A stretch of DNA of 62,953 nucleotides, counting the filler, from Chiloscyllium plagiosum (taxonomy: Eukaryota), in assembly GCF_004010195.1 (NCBI RefSeq). It is 4 parts of one record of this genome, joined end to end, with 100 filler letters (N's around TTAATTAATTAA, not from the genome) between each part and the next. Parts side by side here need not be neighbours in the genome. Positions count along the whole stretch, not along the records: positions 1 to 23,953 come from NC_057712.1; positions 24,054 to 49,961 come from NC_057712.1; 2 more parts are not named here. One strand, given 5' to 3'. The position numbers and the translations under genes are program-made. Shown piece after piece: positions 14,008 to 25,167 of the stretch. The notes under the pieces were generated by a model, which saw only the letters and a list, made by a program, of their open reading frames with translations, was not told where the DNA came from and did no database searches. Positions within the stretch are counted from its first letter, which is position 1. Each line of letters starts with the position of its first letter.

Positions 14008-14410
14008 AGTAAGGGGACATCTCACAGATATATATAAAACCCTCATGGCACTGGACAAGCTAGATGTAGGAAAAATACTCCAATATTAGCAGAATGTCCA
14101 GTGTTAAGGGTCATAGTCTAAAAATAAGTGGTAACCCATTCAGGACAGAGATGAGGAAGAATTTCTTCACTCAGAGAGTTGTGAACCTGTGGAATTCTTT
14201 ACCATAGAAAGCTGTTGGGGCCAGTTTGTTAGATATATTCAAGAGGGAGCTAGATATGGGCCTTGAGGCTAAAAGGATCAAGGGATATGGAGAGAAAGTG
14301 GGAGTGAAAACTGAAATTGCAAAATCAGCCATGATCATATTGAATGGTGGTGCAGGCTCAGAGAACCAAATGCCCTACTCCTGCACCTATTTTCTACATT
14401 TCTATGTATA
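14008..14410 (+). mobile_element. CR1-clade LINE 3' fragment
   Basis: ORF2 C-terminal remnant (RKNFFTQRVVNLWNSL; FKRELD). Confidence 0.8.
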
Positions 14411-14860
14411 AACTTCATCTTTGAAGGAAATTATCAAGTAGCTAGATCTTGAGAATTACTTACATTAATTTGTAGGTATAGATTCCCACTTGGAAATGCC
14501 CATGCTTATTATGCAAAACTGTGGTTGAACTTCAAAAGTTTACATAGGTCTAACACCTCATTGTCAACTTAAATGGTATCAATGCAGACATCATCTTCAT
14601 TCTCCATATTGTCATACCAGAGAACCACAAATGACTTATGTGACACAATACCTCTTAAGGGCCCTCTGGATTAGGGACAGATCAATTGCCATCCAGGTTT
14701 CTTTGGTCTACTAAGCAATAAGCAATAGTTTCTTCTAGATGACCAATAGATAAGTTTCAGGGTAGATAGAAATACTTGCTCCACTTTTGATGCACCTGCA
14801 GTTTAAATAATCTGTTACAACTGAAATCCATAATTTGCAACTGGCCAGTCATGTACCTAG

Positions 14861-15664
14861 TGTGGTCAGACAGACCACTCAAAATGATGGACTTCTGAGA
14901 AAAGGGACAATAAATGAGGCATGCTGGGAAAATGAGGCAAGCCTTGGCCAAAAGTGACTGCTCAAAGACTCTGAAATAAACAAACTGCAGAATCCAGACA
15001 AGCTGCAGCTACAGATAGACAGTACACAATTGACCCAACAGCTGCAGACCATAGAACATGCACTTGAATTTGAACTGAATGGAATCCACCTAAACGCTAA
15101 CCCCAGGATAATCCGAAACACCGAATTATTAACCAGACAAAGGGGCATTTCACACTCTTATTTGGAAAGTGCTACCGAACCTACGTGCACCTAACACCTC
15201 CAGGAATGGATGCCTAAGGATCACCTTGCAATTGTCACGTCAACACCTGTTTGGGTCCGATCGATCAGGGTGACCGAGCCTTAACTGATCTATTGGTGAA
15301 CATTGCAGCCCCTCCTAAAAGGGCACAAAGACTCCTAAGTATAAGAATAGCTGCAACACCACCTCAGGGTGGAAACTTGAGACCAACCACCGTGAAGAGA
15401 AGACACCCCTGAGACCAGCAGGAGAAGACAACCAGACAATCATTGCCACAAAGATCAGCAGAAGGCCAAGATCTAGTGTGATGGCATATGGTCATTGAGA
15501 TTAAATTAAAGTACAAGATAGTTGATTAGATTTATAGTGTAAATTGTTAGTTTGTAGTGTATTGTTATTATAATATTAATTGTGTTAAATAAATAAATAT
15601 GATTGTTTATTACTATTAAGCATTGACTCACAGTTTCTTTGCTGGATACAAGAGGTAAAACACA
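14861..15664 (+). mobile_element. Probable solo LTR (about 800 bp)
   Basis: TGT...ACA termini, TATAAG at 15340 and AATAAA at 15588 in LTR order; TSD only partial (ctag/ctgt). Confidence 0.5.
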
Positions 15665-16385
15665 CTGTGTGGCAGGCACAACACCAGGAAAAAGTCAATA
15701 TCTGTGCATTAATGTTTTAAACTCAGAACAATAGAGTGAAAAATTCTGCCTTTACAAGATTAGCAAGAAACTCAACTCAGGTGATTAACTTGTTAGGTAT
15801 TACTCTTTGCACATTATTGCATCTGTTCCTGGAAAGAAACTCATTGGCTCCAATGCCAAATGTACTTGGGCAAAAGGCCTATGTAAACCTTGTCAGGATA
15901 CCAAACTTACCGGACTGGCCCAACTTAGTCTGTACCAGTGATTCCAAGGAAAGCTATTTTATTTATACATACATAAAGCTATTTTATTCATTCATAAAGC
16001 TTACAGAATGTATCATTTTGGGTAGGTGTTTTGTCTTGAAAATTACAGTACTCAATTACAGTATATTGTAATGTTATTTACTCAGATTCCTATTTATATC
16101 ACAGGTCTGGAAAAGAGGAGTCTACATGCTGACATAAAGTGTTCCAATATTACTTCTTGCTAAACCTGTAATAATGATACAATAATAAACATTAATCTTT
16201 GCTATTGAGCAACAGTCAGCAGCAATGACATAGATAACGCCAACATAAAAGCAGCAACAGTTAATCAAATTGCATTTCGACCAGGCATAACTTAGAGTAA
16301 CACTGAATATACAGTCTAACTTTTGGAGTTCTGGTCAAAGTTGCCATCAGAAAAACCATCATTCATGTAGCACAGGAGACTGATT

Positions 16386-17228
16386 ATAGAGTCATAGAGA
16401 TGTACAGCATGGAAACAGACCCTTCGGTCCTACCCGTCCATGCCGACCAGATATCCCAACCCAATTTAGTCCCACCTGCCAGCACCCGGCTACATCCCTC
16501 CAAACCCTTCCTATTCATATATCCATCCAAGTGCCTCTTAAATGTTGCAATTGTACCAGCCTCCACCACTTCTTCTGGCAGCTCATTCCATTTACGTACC
16601 ATCCTATGTGTAAAAAAGTTGCCCCTTAGGTCTGTTTTACATCTTTCCCCTCTCACCCTAAACCTATGCCCTCTAGTTCTGGACTCCCCCACCCCAGGGA
16701 AATGACTTTGCCTATTTACCCTATCCATGCCCCTCATAATTTTGTAAACCTCTATAAACTAATGGGCAGCATGATGGCTCAGTGGTTAGCACTGCTGCTT
16801 CACAGCACCATGGTCCCAGGTTCAATTCCAGCCTCGGGCGACTTTCTGTGTGCAGTTTGCACATTCTCCCCTTGTCTGTGTGGGTTTCCTCTGGGTGCTC
16901 CGGTTTCCCCCCCACAGTCCAAAAATGTGCAGGCCAGGTGAATTGGCCATGCTAAATTGCCCATTGGATAGGTGCATTAGTCAGAGGGAAGTGGGTTACT
17001 CTTTGGAGGGTAGGTGTGGACTGGTTGGGCCAAAGGGCCTGTTTCCACACTATAGGGAATCTAAGGTCACCTCTCAGCCTCTGACGCTCCAGGGAAAACA
17101 GCCCCAGCCTGTTCAGCCTCTCCCTATAGCTCAAATCCTCCAACCCTGGCAACATCCTTGTAAATCTTTTCTGAACCCTTTCAAGTTTCACAACATCTTT
17201 CCGATAGGAAGGAGACCAGAATTGCATG
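16386..17228 (-). mobile_element. CR1/HER1-like LINE 3' portion interrupted by HE1 SINE
   Basis: Minus ORFs MQFWSPSYRKDVVKLERVQKRF and TRGHRFRVRG...WNELPEEVV. Confidence 0.92.
16764..17062 (+). mobile_element. HE1-type V-SINE
   Basis: tggctcagtggttagcactgctg head, V-domain, gggcctgtttccacact tail. Confidence 0.88.
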
Positions 17229-19140
17229 TTTTGGTATTTACTGTTACATAATTATTTTGAAAGAAATACTTTACACTTAAATGTTGAAGATACAATTCAC
17301 TTTATTTTAATGGGTTCATTAGAAGATATGTTAAAGGCTGAAAGGGTTTATTGTCAGCCGAGGAGCCAGTAAAAGGCTTCATGTTTGAACAGAGCTAATT
17401 TCACGGAATTGGTCAGTTAACTTGAAATTGCTTCACTGAGATGGGAAATTCAGCCTACCTCTCAATGTACCAAGGACTATTTCAACAAAATGAAAATATT
17501 ACTGTGACTTTTTTGTGAATTCTACTAAAAACAACACTGGAAATAATACTCATCCTGGAATTCACAGGGCCTAGAATGCACTCCCAAAATCTGGAACTCA
17601 TTTTGAATCAAAATGTTTTACATATTTCATGTAGTGTTCACTTGGGAGCTAAAAATGTTCACTCAACCCAGGAACAAAAATAGATTATTTTATTTTTGGG
17701 ATGTAATAGCCTTACATTTAGAGCTTAAATCCTTATTTGGATGCGTATTTCAATATGGCAAAGAATTTAGGAGAAAATGAAAATAAACCTAATTCTACAG
17801 TTAGTTATTGGAATTTTAAATTGTTTTAAACAAACAACAGAATCTATACTCACAACTATAATAACTGTAAATAGATGAGTGCTTTATGTGGATTTTTATA
17901 TGTTACGGTATATTTGCATTTTTTAAAAATAAGATGTGCTGAATTGTTTTTAAATTCTTTAAAGTTGCATCATGTGTCATACTGCAGAAACAAAGTGAAG
18001 AATTACACCCTACACAGAGGTTGTATCTGCTGGATTGTTGGACAGTAAACCTTGCGGAACGATAGAAGCGTTCTGCACTACATCCAAAAATAGCACAGGG
18101 TCAGTAGTTTTCCTCAATGTGTTATAAATAGTACATTGTTTACATGTACTTTATATTGTACCTTGTCTGATTGTGCTATAAGTTTACTTTGTCATTTGGA
18201 GGAACAACTCCACATTGCAACTGCAGGCTCAAGCTTCCGTTAACAAAACTGTAAAGTATTATTGTCAGGGAGTCATAAGATTTCAAACATAAAATGGAAA
18301 CATTTCTTTTAAGCAGAAATCATTGCATTTTTAGTTTTTTTTGTGTAGTGCTGAAACAAAACATAAACTTGACATTCAATTTTCAGTGACTGAGATGGAA
18401 TTTGGTATAGCACATTGGGATAGTAAGTGCCTTGATAGATCAGATGGATTACTCAACAGTTTCCAAATGTTTGCTATAAATCAGTCTTGATTGGTTAGCA
18501 GTCTTTATTTCTGAAATGTTTAGCAGTGTGTTCTTCTTTGCAGAACACCATTTGCAGGGTAGGGGCTGGTAGCACGACTTAGCAAAGACGAAAAATTCAA
18601 ATATTTAAACAGATCAACATACGATTATGCAAAATTTACACCACAGGTAGCTGTACAATCAGCCAACCGGACAATGCTGACATTTATTCTGAACAACGTT
18701 CCTCCCTACTTCATTTAACCTTATATGCTTACCGAGTTCACCTTCCCCATAAATGCACCCAAGCCATTCATCTCATCTACTCCGTGCGGTTGCAAGTTCA
18801 ACATTTTAACCTCTCTTCAGGTAATCAATTCAAAGACCACTTTAATGCTGCAGTTAACACCCCCAGAAAAGCACTTGATAAACAGTCTGTCAATGGCCTG
18901 TTGGAAGATTGGTAGCTTATATCAAAACTCCTGACTTCAGAAAATCTTCATTGGATTACACGATTCTTCCTTATGTTCCAATAGCATTTATCAATAAAAT
19001 CTTTATCATTTCCGCACCCGGTAATAAACAGAACGTTTTGTCTTAAGATCATCTGACGCACTGATAACAACTATATAAACAACGCCAGAACACTTGATTT
19101 CAAACTCAACTGCACTCATATTACCAATGGCCATACATAC

Positions 19141-19365
19141 CTTTGCTTGTTCTTCTTCAAAAACAGACTGATGTACGTTACAGGCAAAGAGTGAGGTCGG
19201 GAGATCGTTGAAGTCGGTTATCTCGTCGAAGTCTTCCTGCGAGAGGATGTGATCATTTGGATCGCGAAAGTCTGCAGCCCCAAGTAGGAAAAAATTGCAG
19301 GCAGTAGCTCTTTCGCTGAACCGTTTCAGGTTCCTCATGCCAGCGAGCGGATCGTCTCCTCTCAT
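19141..19365 (-). CDS. RCAN2: RCAN2 (calcipressin-2, long N-terminal isoform), first coding exon; remaining exons lie left of the window
   Basis: Translates MRGDDPLAGMRNLKRF...FDEITDFNDLPTSLFACNVHQSVFEEEQAK, matching RCAN2 MRGES...ITDFNDLPNSLFACNVHQSVFEGEESK. Acceptor ttttccAG|G-ATG (exon starts 19366), phase-0 donor AAG|GTATGT at 19140, 225 nt. Lies next to SLC25A27, as in the human neighbourhood. Confidence 0.9.
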
Positions 19366-19899
19366 CCTGGAAAACACAGTACACGATAAGTGCAGTCTTG
19401 CACCTACTGGTAAAATAACATCGCTTGAATGGGAAATGCCTTATATATGAGAGATAACAAATGATCAACCTCCAATGGCACGCACTTCATGTTATTCTAG
19501 GAACTGGTGCACTGTTTGCTATTTGCCAATCTTGAAACAGCGTTATTTCCACAATGTCTAAACAAAACTGATCATAATGAGAAAAAGGCATCACAAAAAC
19601 TGCACCTAAATGTTTCACTTGTGGCAGTGTTGCAAATTGCATTCCTGATCTATTTCCTACGTATTGATTTTACCCTTAAAAAAACCCCGAAAAATAAATT
19701 TAAAATAAAAACACGATGAAACTAGTTATTATCATTAAACAGCTGGAACCCCCTTATCCGATTGATGTGCTGACACCGCGCCGTTATTAACATAATCCCA
19801 TCGGAGTCGTTGCAGTGCGCACCGTTGCAAATCTTGAACCTTTGGGATATGAAGCTGACAGTCTGGCAGAGCTGATGAGAATGAAATATTGTCACCTCG

Positions 19900-20250
19900 G
19901 CCATAGACTCCAGCCTTCATCAGCTGCAGCAGCCCTGGCTCGGGAGGTGGTACACTCCGTACCTGTGCGTGTTTGTGCCCTCCCTTCGCCCAGCAGTAGC
20001 AGCACCTGGAGAGCTCACTGAGCCTGGCCCGACAGCCGGCCACAACACCCATTCACATCTTTCACCCCTGACCCCTCCCCCCCAAGCCCCAACAACAGCG
20101 CCATCCAATCAGAGGAGGCAGGCACCAGCTGGCGCTGATTGACAGGCGCCTCGACCGTTTGGCACATGCGGCGACGGGGACGGGCTGCAAGGGCGGGCCT
20201 GCCAGCTGGCGTCGGTTTTGCTGAATTGTGAGCGGTAGGAGGCTCCCGCA
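19900..20250. promoter_or_regulatory. CpG-rich promoter region of RCAN2
   Basis: Local GC/CpG enrichment in AT-rich surroundings; CCAAT box (CCAATC 20105-20110) and GC box (GGGCGG 20191-20196). Confidence 0.65.
19963..20060 (-). other. RCAN2: Candidate non-coding first exon of RCAN2
   Basis: The coding exon begins with a splice acceptor, so an upstream UTR exon is required. Donor-like CAG|GTACGG at 19962 inside the CpG-rich region; alternative GAG|GTGACA at 19895. TSS not determinable. Confidence 0.45.
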
Positions 20251-20289
20251 GTCAGCACTGGTGCAAAAATTACAGAGTGGAATATTGAT

Positions 20290-22520
20290 GTCGCTGTTTA
20301 GGCTGTCTTTTGTCGATTACCCCTAATTGCCCTGAAGAAGGTGGTGCTGAGCAACTTTCCTGAACCACTGTAGTCCAGCTGGTTGTGCACCCACAATGCT
20401 GTTAGGGGAAGAGTTCTGGGATTTTGATCCAATAGCAGTGCAGGAACAGTGATATCGTTCCAAGTAACTGATAAATTGTATTCAAGTATTGATAACTTGG
20501 AGAGGCATTTGCAAGTTATGGTGGTTACTCGTCTCTGCTGCGTTAGTCCTCATAGATGGTAGAACGTTGAGAGTTTACAAAATGCTATCTCAAGAGCACT
20601 GGTGAGTTACAAATGTGCATCTTCGTTACGTTATAAATTGCAGCACGGATGGAGGTTTTTAATGTTTGGTGGATGGGGTCAAACATCAAATAAATGTTTT
20701 ATCCTTGACTTGAATTTATTGATTACTGTTACATCCACTCAAGAAAGTTGAGACTATTCCAACAAATTGTTGAGCTGTGCCTTTGGAGATGGCAGCAGGT
20801 TTTAGACAGTGAGGAGGTTCCACAACACAATTGCTGGTCTCTGGCCTGTTTTGCAGTCACAGTATTAATATGACTGATCCAGATCAGTTTCTGGTCAATG
20901 GAAACTACCTGGATGCGGATACTAGGAAATTGTGATGGAAATGTCATTAAATATCAAGGTGAAGTATTTAGATTCTGTTTCGTTGATAGATAATGATCGT
21001 CTGACATCTTGGGGCATGACTGTTGCTTGCATTTGTTAGCTAAAACCTAAATGTTGTTCAGGTCTTATTGCATGAATTGGAGAGTCACAATTTGTACTGA
21101 ACACTATGCAATAATCAGCATTCATGAAGTAGCTGAAGAATTTGGGCAGAGGACAAGAGTCATAGTCATAAAGAGTTACAGCATGGAAATGGGCCTTTTG
21201 GCCTAACCTGCCCATGCTGCCCTGTTTTCACAACTAATCTAGTCCCTGTGTTTGGTCCATGTCCCTGTCCAAATGTTTCTTAAATGACAAAATTGTATTT
21301 GCCTCCATCACAATCTCTGGCAGCTTGTACTAGACACTTACCACCCATTATGTGAAAAAAACTAACCTAAGGACCTGGTACAATGATGTGCTGGGGCTCA
21401 GGTGATTGATCTCCAACAAGCACAACCATCCTCCTTTCTCCTATGAGTGAGTCTTACCAATGATGAGAGTCTTCTGCATGATTGCCATTTATTTCAGTTG
21501 TACAAAACCTCTTTGATGCCATATTTGGTCAGAAGCTACCTGATGTCAAGGCAATCAATCCAACTCCACCTGTTAGTTCAGTTATTTTGTCCACGTTGCA
21601 CAAAGTTCATTATCTGACTGGTCCTGGTGGAATTCAAATTGACCACCAGTGAGCAGGTTATTAATGTGTAAGTATCACTTCATAGCACTTTCAATGATAC
21701 CTTCCATCACTTTACTGAGGATCAGGGGGGCACTGATGTGGCAGTAATTGGCCTGTTTGGATTTAACTTGTTTTTTCTGCACAATACATACATTTGGCTA
21801 TTTCCCACATTTCTGTGTAGGTGTCGTTGTTGTAGCTGTATAGGAATGGTTGGTTAAAGTGTGGCTAGTTCTGGAGCACAAGAATTCATCATGATTGCTG
21901 GATGTTGTTAGGGCCCTTGGCTTTTTCTGTATCCAGTGGCTTCAGCTGTTTCTTGATACCAAGTGAAATGAACCAAATTGACTTAAGACTGGTATCTGTG
22001 ATGCTGGGGACCAGAGGAGGAGGATGAGTGATTAGCCACTTGGTACTTCTGGTCAAAGATACAAATGCTTCAATATTGTCCTATGCTGGTCTCCCTGATC
22101 ATTGAAGATGGTATTGTTAATATAATAATATCACATTTGAGCAGTCTCCTTCTCCTAGTTAGTTGATTAATTGATCACCATCATTCACAGATGGATATGG
22201 CAGGACTGTAGAACTTTGATCTGATCTTTGGTTGTGGGATCATTAAGCTCTGTATATCACATGTTGCTTTTTCTGTTTGACATGCAGATAGTCCTGTGTT
22301 GCAGCTTCAAAACGGTCCCATTTGTAGGTATGCCTGATGCTGTTTCTGGGAGAAGGTGAAGACTGCAGATGCTGGAGATCAGAGTTGAGAGTATAGTGCT
22401 GGAAAAGCACAGCAGGTCAGGCAGCATCCGAGGAGCAGGAGAATCGACGTTTTGGGCATAAGCCCTTCATCAGCAATCCTACACTCTTGCCCCTTGATGC
22501 TGTTTCTGACATGTCATCCA
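20290..22520 (-). mobile_element. Old CR1-like LINE (second lineage) with nested insertions
   Basis: Reverse-complement similarity to 6215-7447 and 31148-32205. Contains a HER1-like tail (about 21160-21365) and a Penelope-like insertion. Confidence 0.7.
22349..22494 (-). mobile_element. Penelope-like terminal insertion with hammerhead-like core
   Basis: 14-bp TSD tgatgctgtttctg (22335-22348/22495-22508); minus strand CTGATGA-A-GGGC-ttat-GCCC-AAAA-CGTC. Confidence 0.75.
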
Positions 22521-23211
22521 ACAATCTTCTCTGATCCTGGCTGAATTGAAATGGAATACACATTGAATTGACAAATACAGCTTTTTAAAATTCAAAATCT
22601 GTTACAGACAAATGAGGAGTGTGATAAAAGGGAATACATCCATCCCTCCTATATCACTTCATAGTATTTATGATTAAAAGTCATATTTTTAAAAAATTTA
22701 TCATAATTCACCTTCTACCTTAATCCATACCTAAGTCCCAATTATTTATTTTTCTCACTATAAATTTTAACATGAAATTAAAAGTTCAGTGCAATTTACT
22801 TCTTAGGTAGCTGTCTGTGAGAATACTTCAATATAATTGGCAGTTTAACCACTTTGTTTACATCATTATTGCTGGAGAGTTTTTTGACTTGGTGACAGAT
22901 TCACACTGGCATTTGTAAACGGGAGATGCATGCAACAGAAATTGCTAGGTCTTTTTGGACAGCTTTCTTTGAGGTTCGTGGCAATCAACAATTTCTCCAA
23001 GCTGTCAAAACAAAAGCAAAGTGGCAATATCTCACTGCATTTTGTTCCACAATTGGTTTGACCTTACCTGCAGACCTGTTATATTCGAGTTTAATATTGG
23101 TCTAAAGCTTATTGTGTCAATGCAAGCTAAATATAACATTGTGATACCTATATTGCTCATTTATGACTATCCATCCTACTTCAGTATATACATCCACAGT
23201 ATATACATCTT

Positions 23212-23337
23212 CACAGAAGAATCCATACCCTCTACTGTTCTTCATCCACAGAAGAATCCATACACCTCTACTGTTCTTCATCCACAGAAGAATCCATACA
23301 CCTCTACTATTCTTCATCCACAGAAGAATCCATACAC
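23212..23337. repeat. 36-bp tandem repeat, about 3.5 copies
   Basis: Unit cacagaagaatccatacacctctactgttcttcatc. Confidence 0.9.
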
Positions 23338-23953
23338 TAAACAAACAGTTCTTCCCAGCTATATTGGAAATTAAAGACAGTAAGTACCAAAAACTTTCAT
23401 GTACTTACCCCCACACACTGGGTTCCTCAACTGTTCCAGAATCTTTCATCGGCCTCCGAAATCAGTCTGGCGCCATTAACCACGAGTCTGCTACAGCGCC
23501 CGTGGCAACAATCGCCGCCGCGGACCATGACGTCACTTCCGCCCCCACCGACCTTGCAGCCTCCGCAATCGCCGTCCAGACAACCGCCTCCGCGATCGCC
23601 GCCCAGACAACCGCCTCCACGATCGCCAGGAAGACCATCGCCGACAGATTCGCGGCCTCCGCGGCTATCGGGAATAACACTGTCGCCACAGCCACTTCCG
23701 CCCCCTGGGTTGCCGTCACCGCAGCCACTTCCGCCACCAGTGACATCACTAACCTGCACGACCCAAACGCCGCATGTGTCTCCGCCCCCACGCCGATCTC
23801 CGTCACCACACTTAACTCCACCCCCACGCCGATCTCTGTCACCATGCCTAACCCCGCCCCCACGCCGATCTCCGTCACCACACCTAACTCCACCCCCACG
23901 CTGATCTCTATCACCATGCCTAACCCCGCCCCCACACCGATCTCCGTCACCAC
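23230..23953 (+). mobile_element. Probable 5' ORF region of a retroelement (Penelope-like) with Ala/Thr/Pro-rich coding repeats, running into a gap
   Basis: Long open frame (FFIHRRIHTLNKQFF...KDSKYQKL, then ATS/PTPISVT repeats), CpG-rich, no splice structure. Family assignment is from recollection only. Confidence 0.4.
23783..23953. repeat. 36-bp minisatellite (two alternating variants)
   Basis: cccccacgccgatctccgtcaccacacttaactcca / ...accatgcctaaccccg units, about 5 copies up to the gap. Confidence 0.9.
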
Positions 23954-24053
23954 NNNNNNNNNNNNNNNNNNNNNNNNNNNNNNNNNNNNNNNNNNNNTTA
24001 ATTAATTAANNNNNNNNNNNNNNNNNNNNNNNNNNNNNNNNNNNNNNNNNNNN
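23954..24053. other. Assembly gap (100 bp placeholder) with TTAATTAATTAA spacer
   Basis: 44 N + TTAATTAATTAA (23998-24009) + 44 N. Confidence 0.95.
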
Positions 24054-24348
24054 AACCATTCCTGTCCCTCTTCTATCCACGTTTCCGTGATGGCCACAAC
24101 ATCATAGTCCCAGGTACCAATCCACGCCTTAAGTTCACCCACCTTATTTCTGATACTCCTTGCATTGAAGTATACACACTTGAACCCATCTGTGTCCGCA
24201 AGTATTCCCTGTCAGTGCTACCTTCTCCACAGCCTCCCTACATTCTTGGACATCCTGACAAACAGCTAGACTACTTGTTGGAGTACAAGTCCGGATCCCA
24301 TCCCCCTGCCAAATTAGTTTAAACCCCCCCTCCCGAAGAGTGTTAGCA
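24054..24348 (-). mobile_element. Young CR1 fragment (ORF1 end/ORF2 endonuclease start)
   Basis: GFKLIWQGDG...CVYFNARSIRNKVGELKAWIGTWDYDVVAI; near-identical to 49615-49890. Confidence 0.85.
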
Positions 24349-24427
24349 TGAGTGTCTAGCACTGATCAAGCCCAACAACCCAGTGGGAAAAGACATTAAA
24401 ACTTGGACATGACAGAGAAGTGTCCTG

Positions 24428-24551
24428 GAGGAAGTGAGGTCTGCAGATGCTGGAGATCAAAGTTGAAACTTTATTGCTGGAACAGCACAGCAGGTCAGGC
24501 AGCATCCAGGGAACAGGAGATTCGACGTTTCGGGCACAGGCCCTTCTTCAG
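24428..24551 (-). mobile_element. Penelope-like terminal insertion (124 bp)
   Basis: 11-bp TSD gaagtgtcctg (24417-24427/24552-24562). Confidence 0.8.
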
Positions 24552-24554
24552 GAA
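24521..24554 (-). ncRNA. Minimal type I hammerhead ribozyme motif, intact core
   Basis: Minus strand UUC-CUGAAGA-A-GGGC-cugu-GCCC-GAAA-CG-UC-GAA: 3-bp stem I, intact core, 4-bp stem II, palindromic ACGU in place of stem III. Confidence 0.65.
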
Positions 24555-24679
24555 GTGTCCTGACCAACTAGCTGGAACTCCACTTTGGAACAGTAGTTTC
24601 ATTTCTTTACTGTTGTTTTTCACTGAGGAGAATCATTTTTCCTTGGCATTCCATAGTATTACATCATTGTAAACATCAA

Positions 24680-25167
24680 GTGAGTAGGAAAGTCAATATT
24701 GATCAGAAATTGAACTGAACTGCCATATGGACACTGTGGCTACAAAAGCAGTTTAGAGTCTCTGGATGGGTCAGCTCCAACAGCATTCAAAGCTTGATAC
24801 CGTTCAGGACAAAGCAGACTGCTTGACTGGCACTCTGACCACCAAATTAAACATTCACTTTCTCCATCGTGAATGTTTCCTCCTTCAAACCCACAACCTT
24901 TACCGTCGAGGTAAAGGAGACAGCAGACCCACAGGAACATACCCATGGAAGTTCCCTCCGAATCTGCACACCATTAGAACTATAACCTCCATTCCTTCAC
25001 TGTTACAGGATCAAAATCCTGGAAACCCTCTCCCCAGCAGCCCTGTGGGTGTATCTAAACCAACCAAGAGGGTTTGCAGCAGAGCAAAAAGGCAAACACC
25101 AACACAAAGTGACTGAAGAGGGAACAACAAATGCCGACCCAGAGCTAGCGACGCCCACATGACGTGA
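24680..25167 (+). mobile_element. Old CR1-like LINE 3' fragment (second lineage)
   Basis: Similar to 6850-7447 and 31230-32205; tail ...aaatgccgacccagagctagcgacgcccacat. Confidence 0.65.

Noticed and set aside
19006..19377. 123-aa single-exon ORF as listed in the ORF track
   Set aside because: Homology starts at ATG 19365 and stops at the donor at 19140; the flanks are intron read-through.
23212..23337. 36-bp repeat array as a CRISPR
   Set aside because: Units are head-to-tail with no unique spacers; eukaryotic context, no cas genes.
23998..24009. Recurrent palindrome TTAATTAATTAA (also 50006, 61627)
   Set aside because: Always centred in identical 44N+12+44N blocks and gives stops in all frames: an artificial contig spacer, not biology.
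24054..24348. Inverted segmental duplication with 49615-49890
   Set aside because: Both are the same part of a young CR1 family and both abut gaps; explained by repeat copies and assembly breaks.
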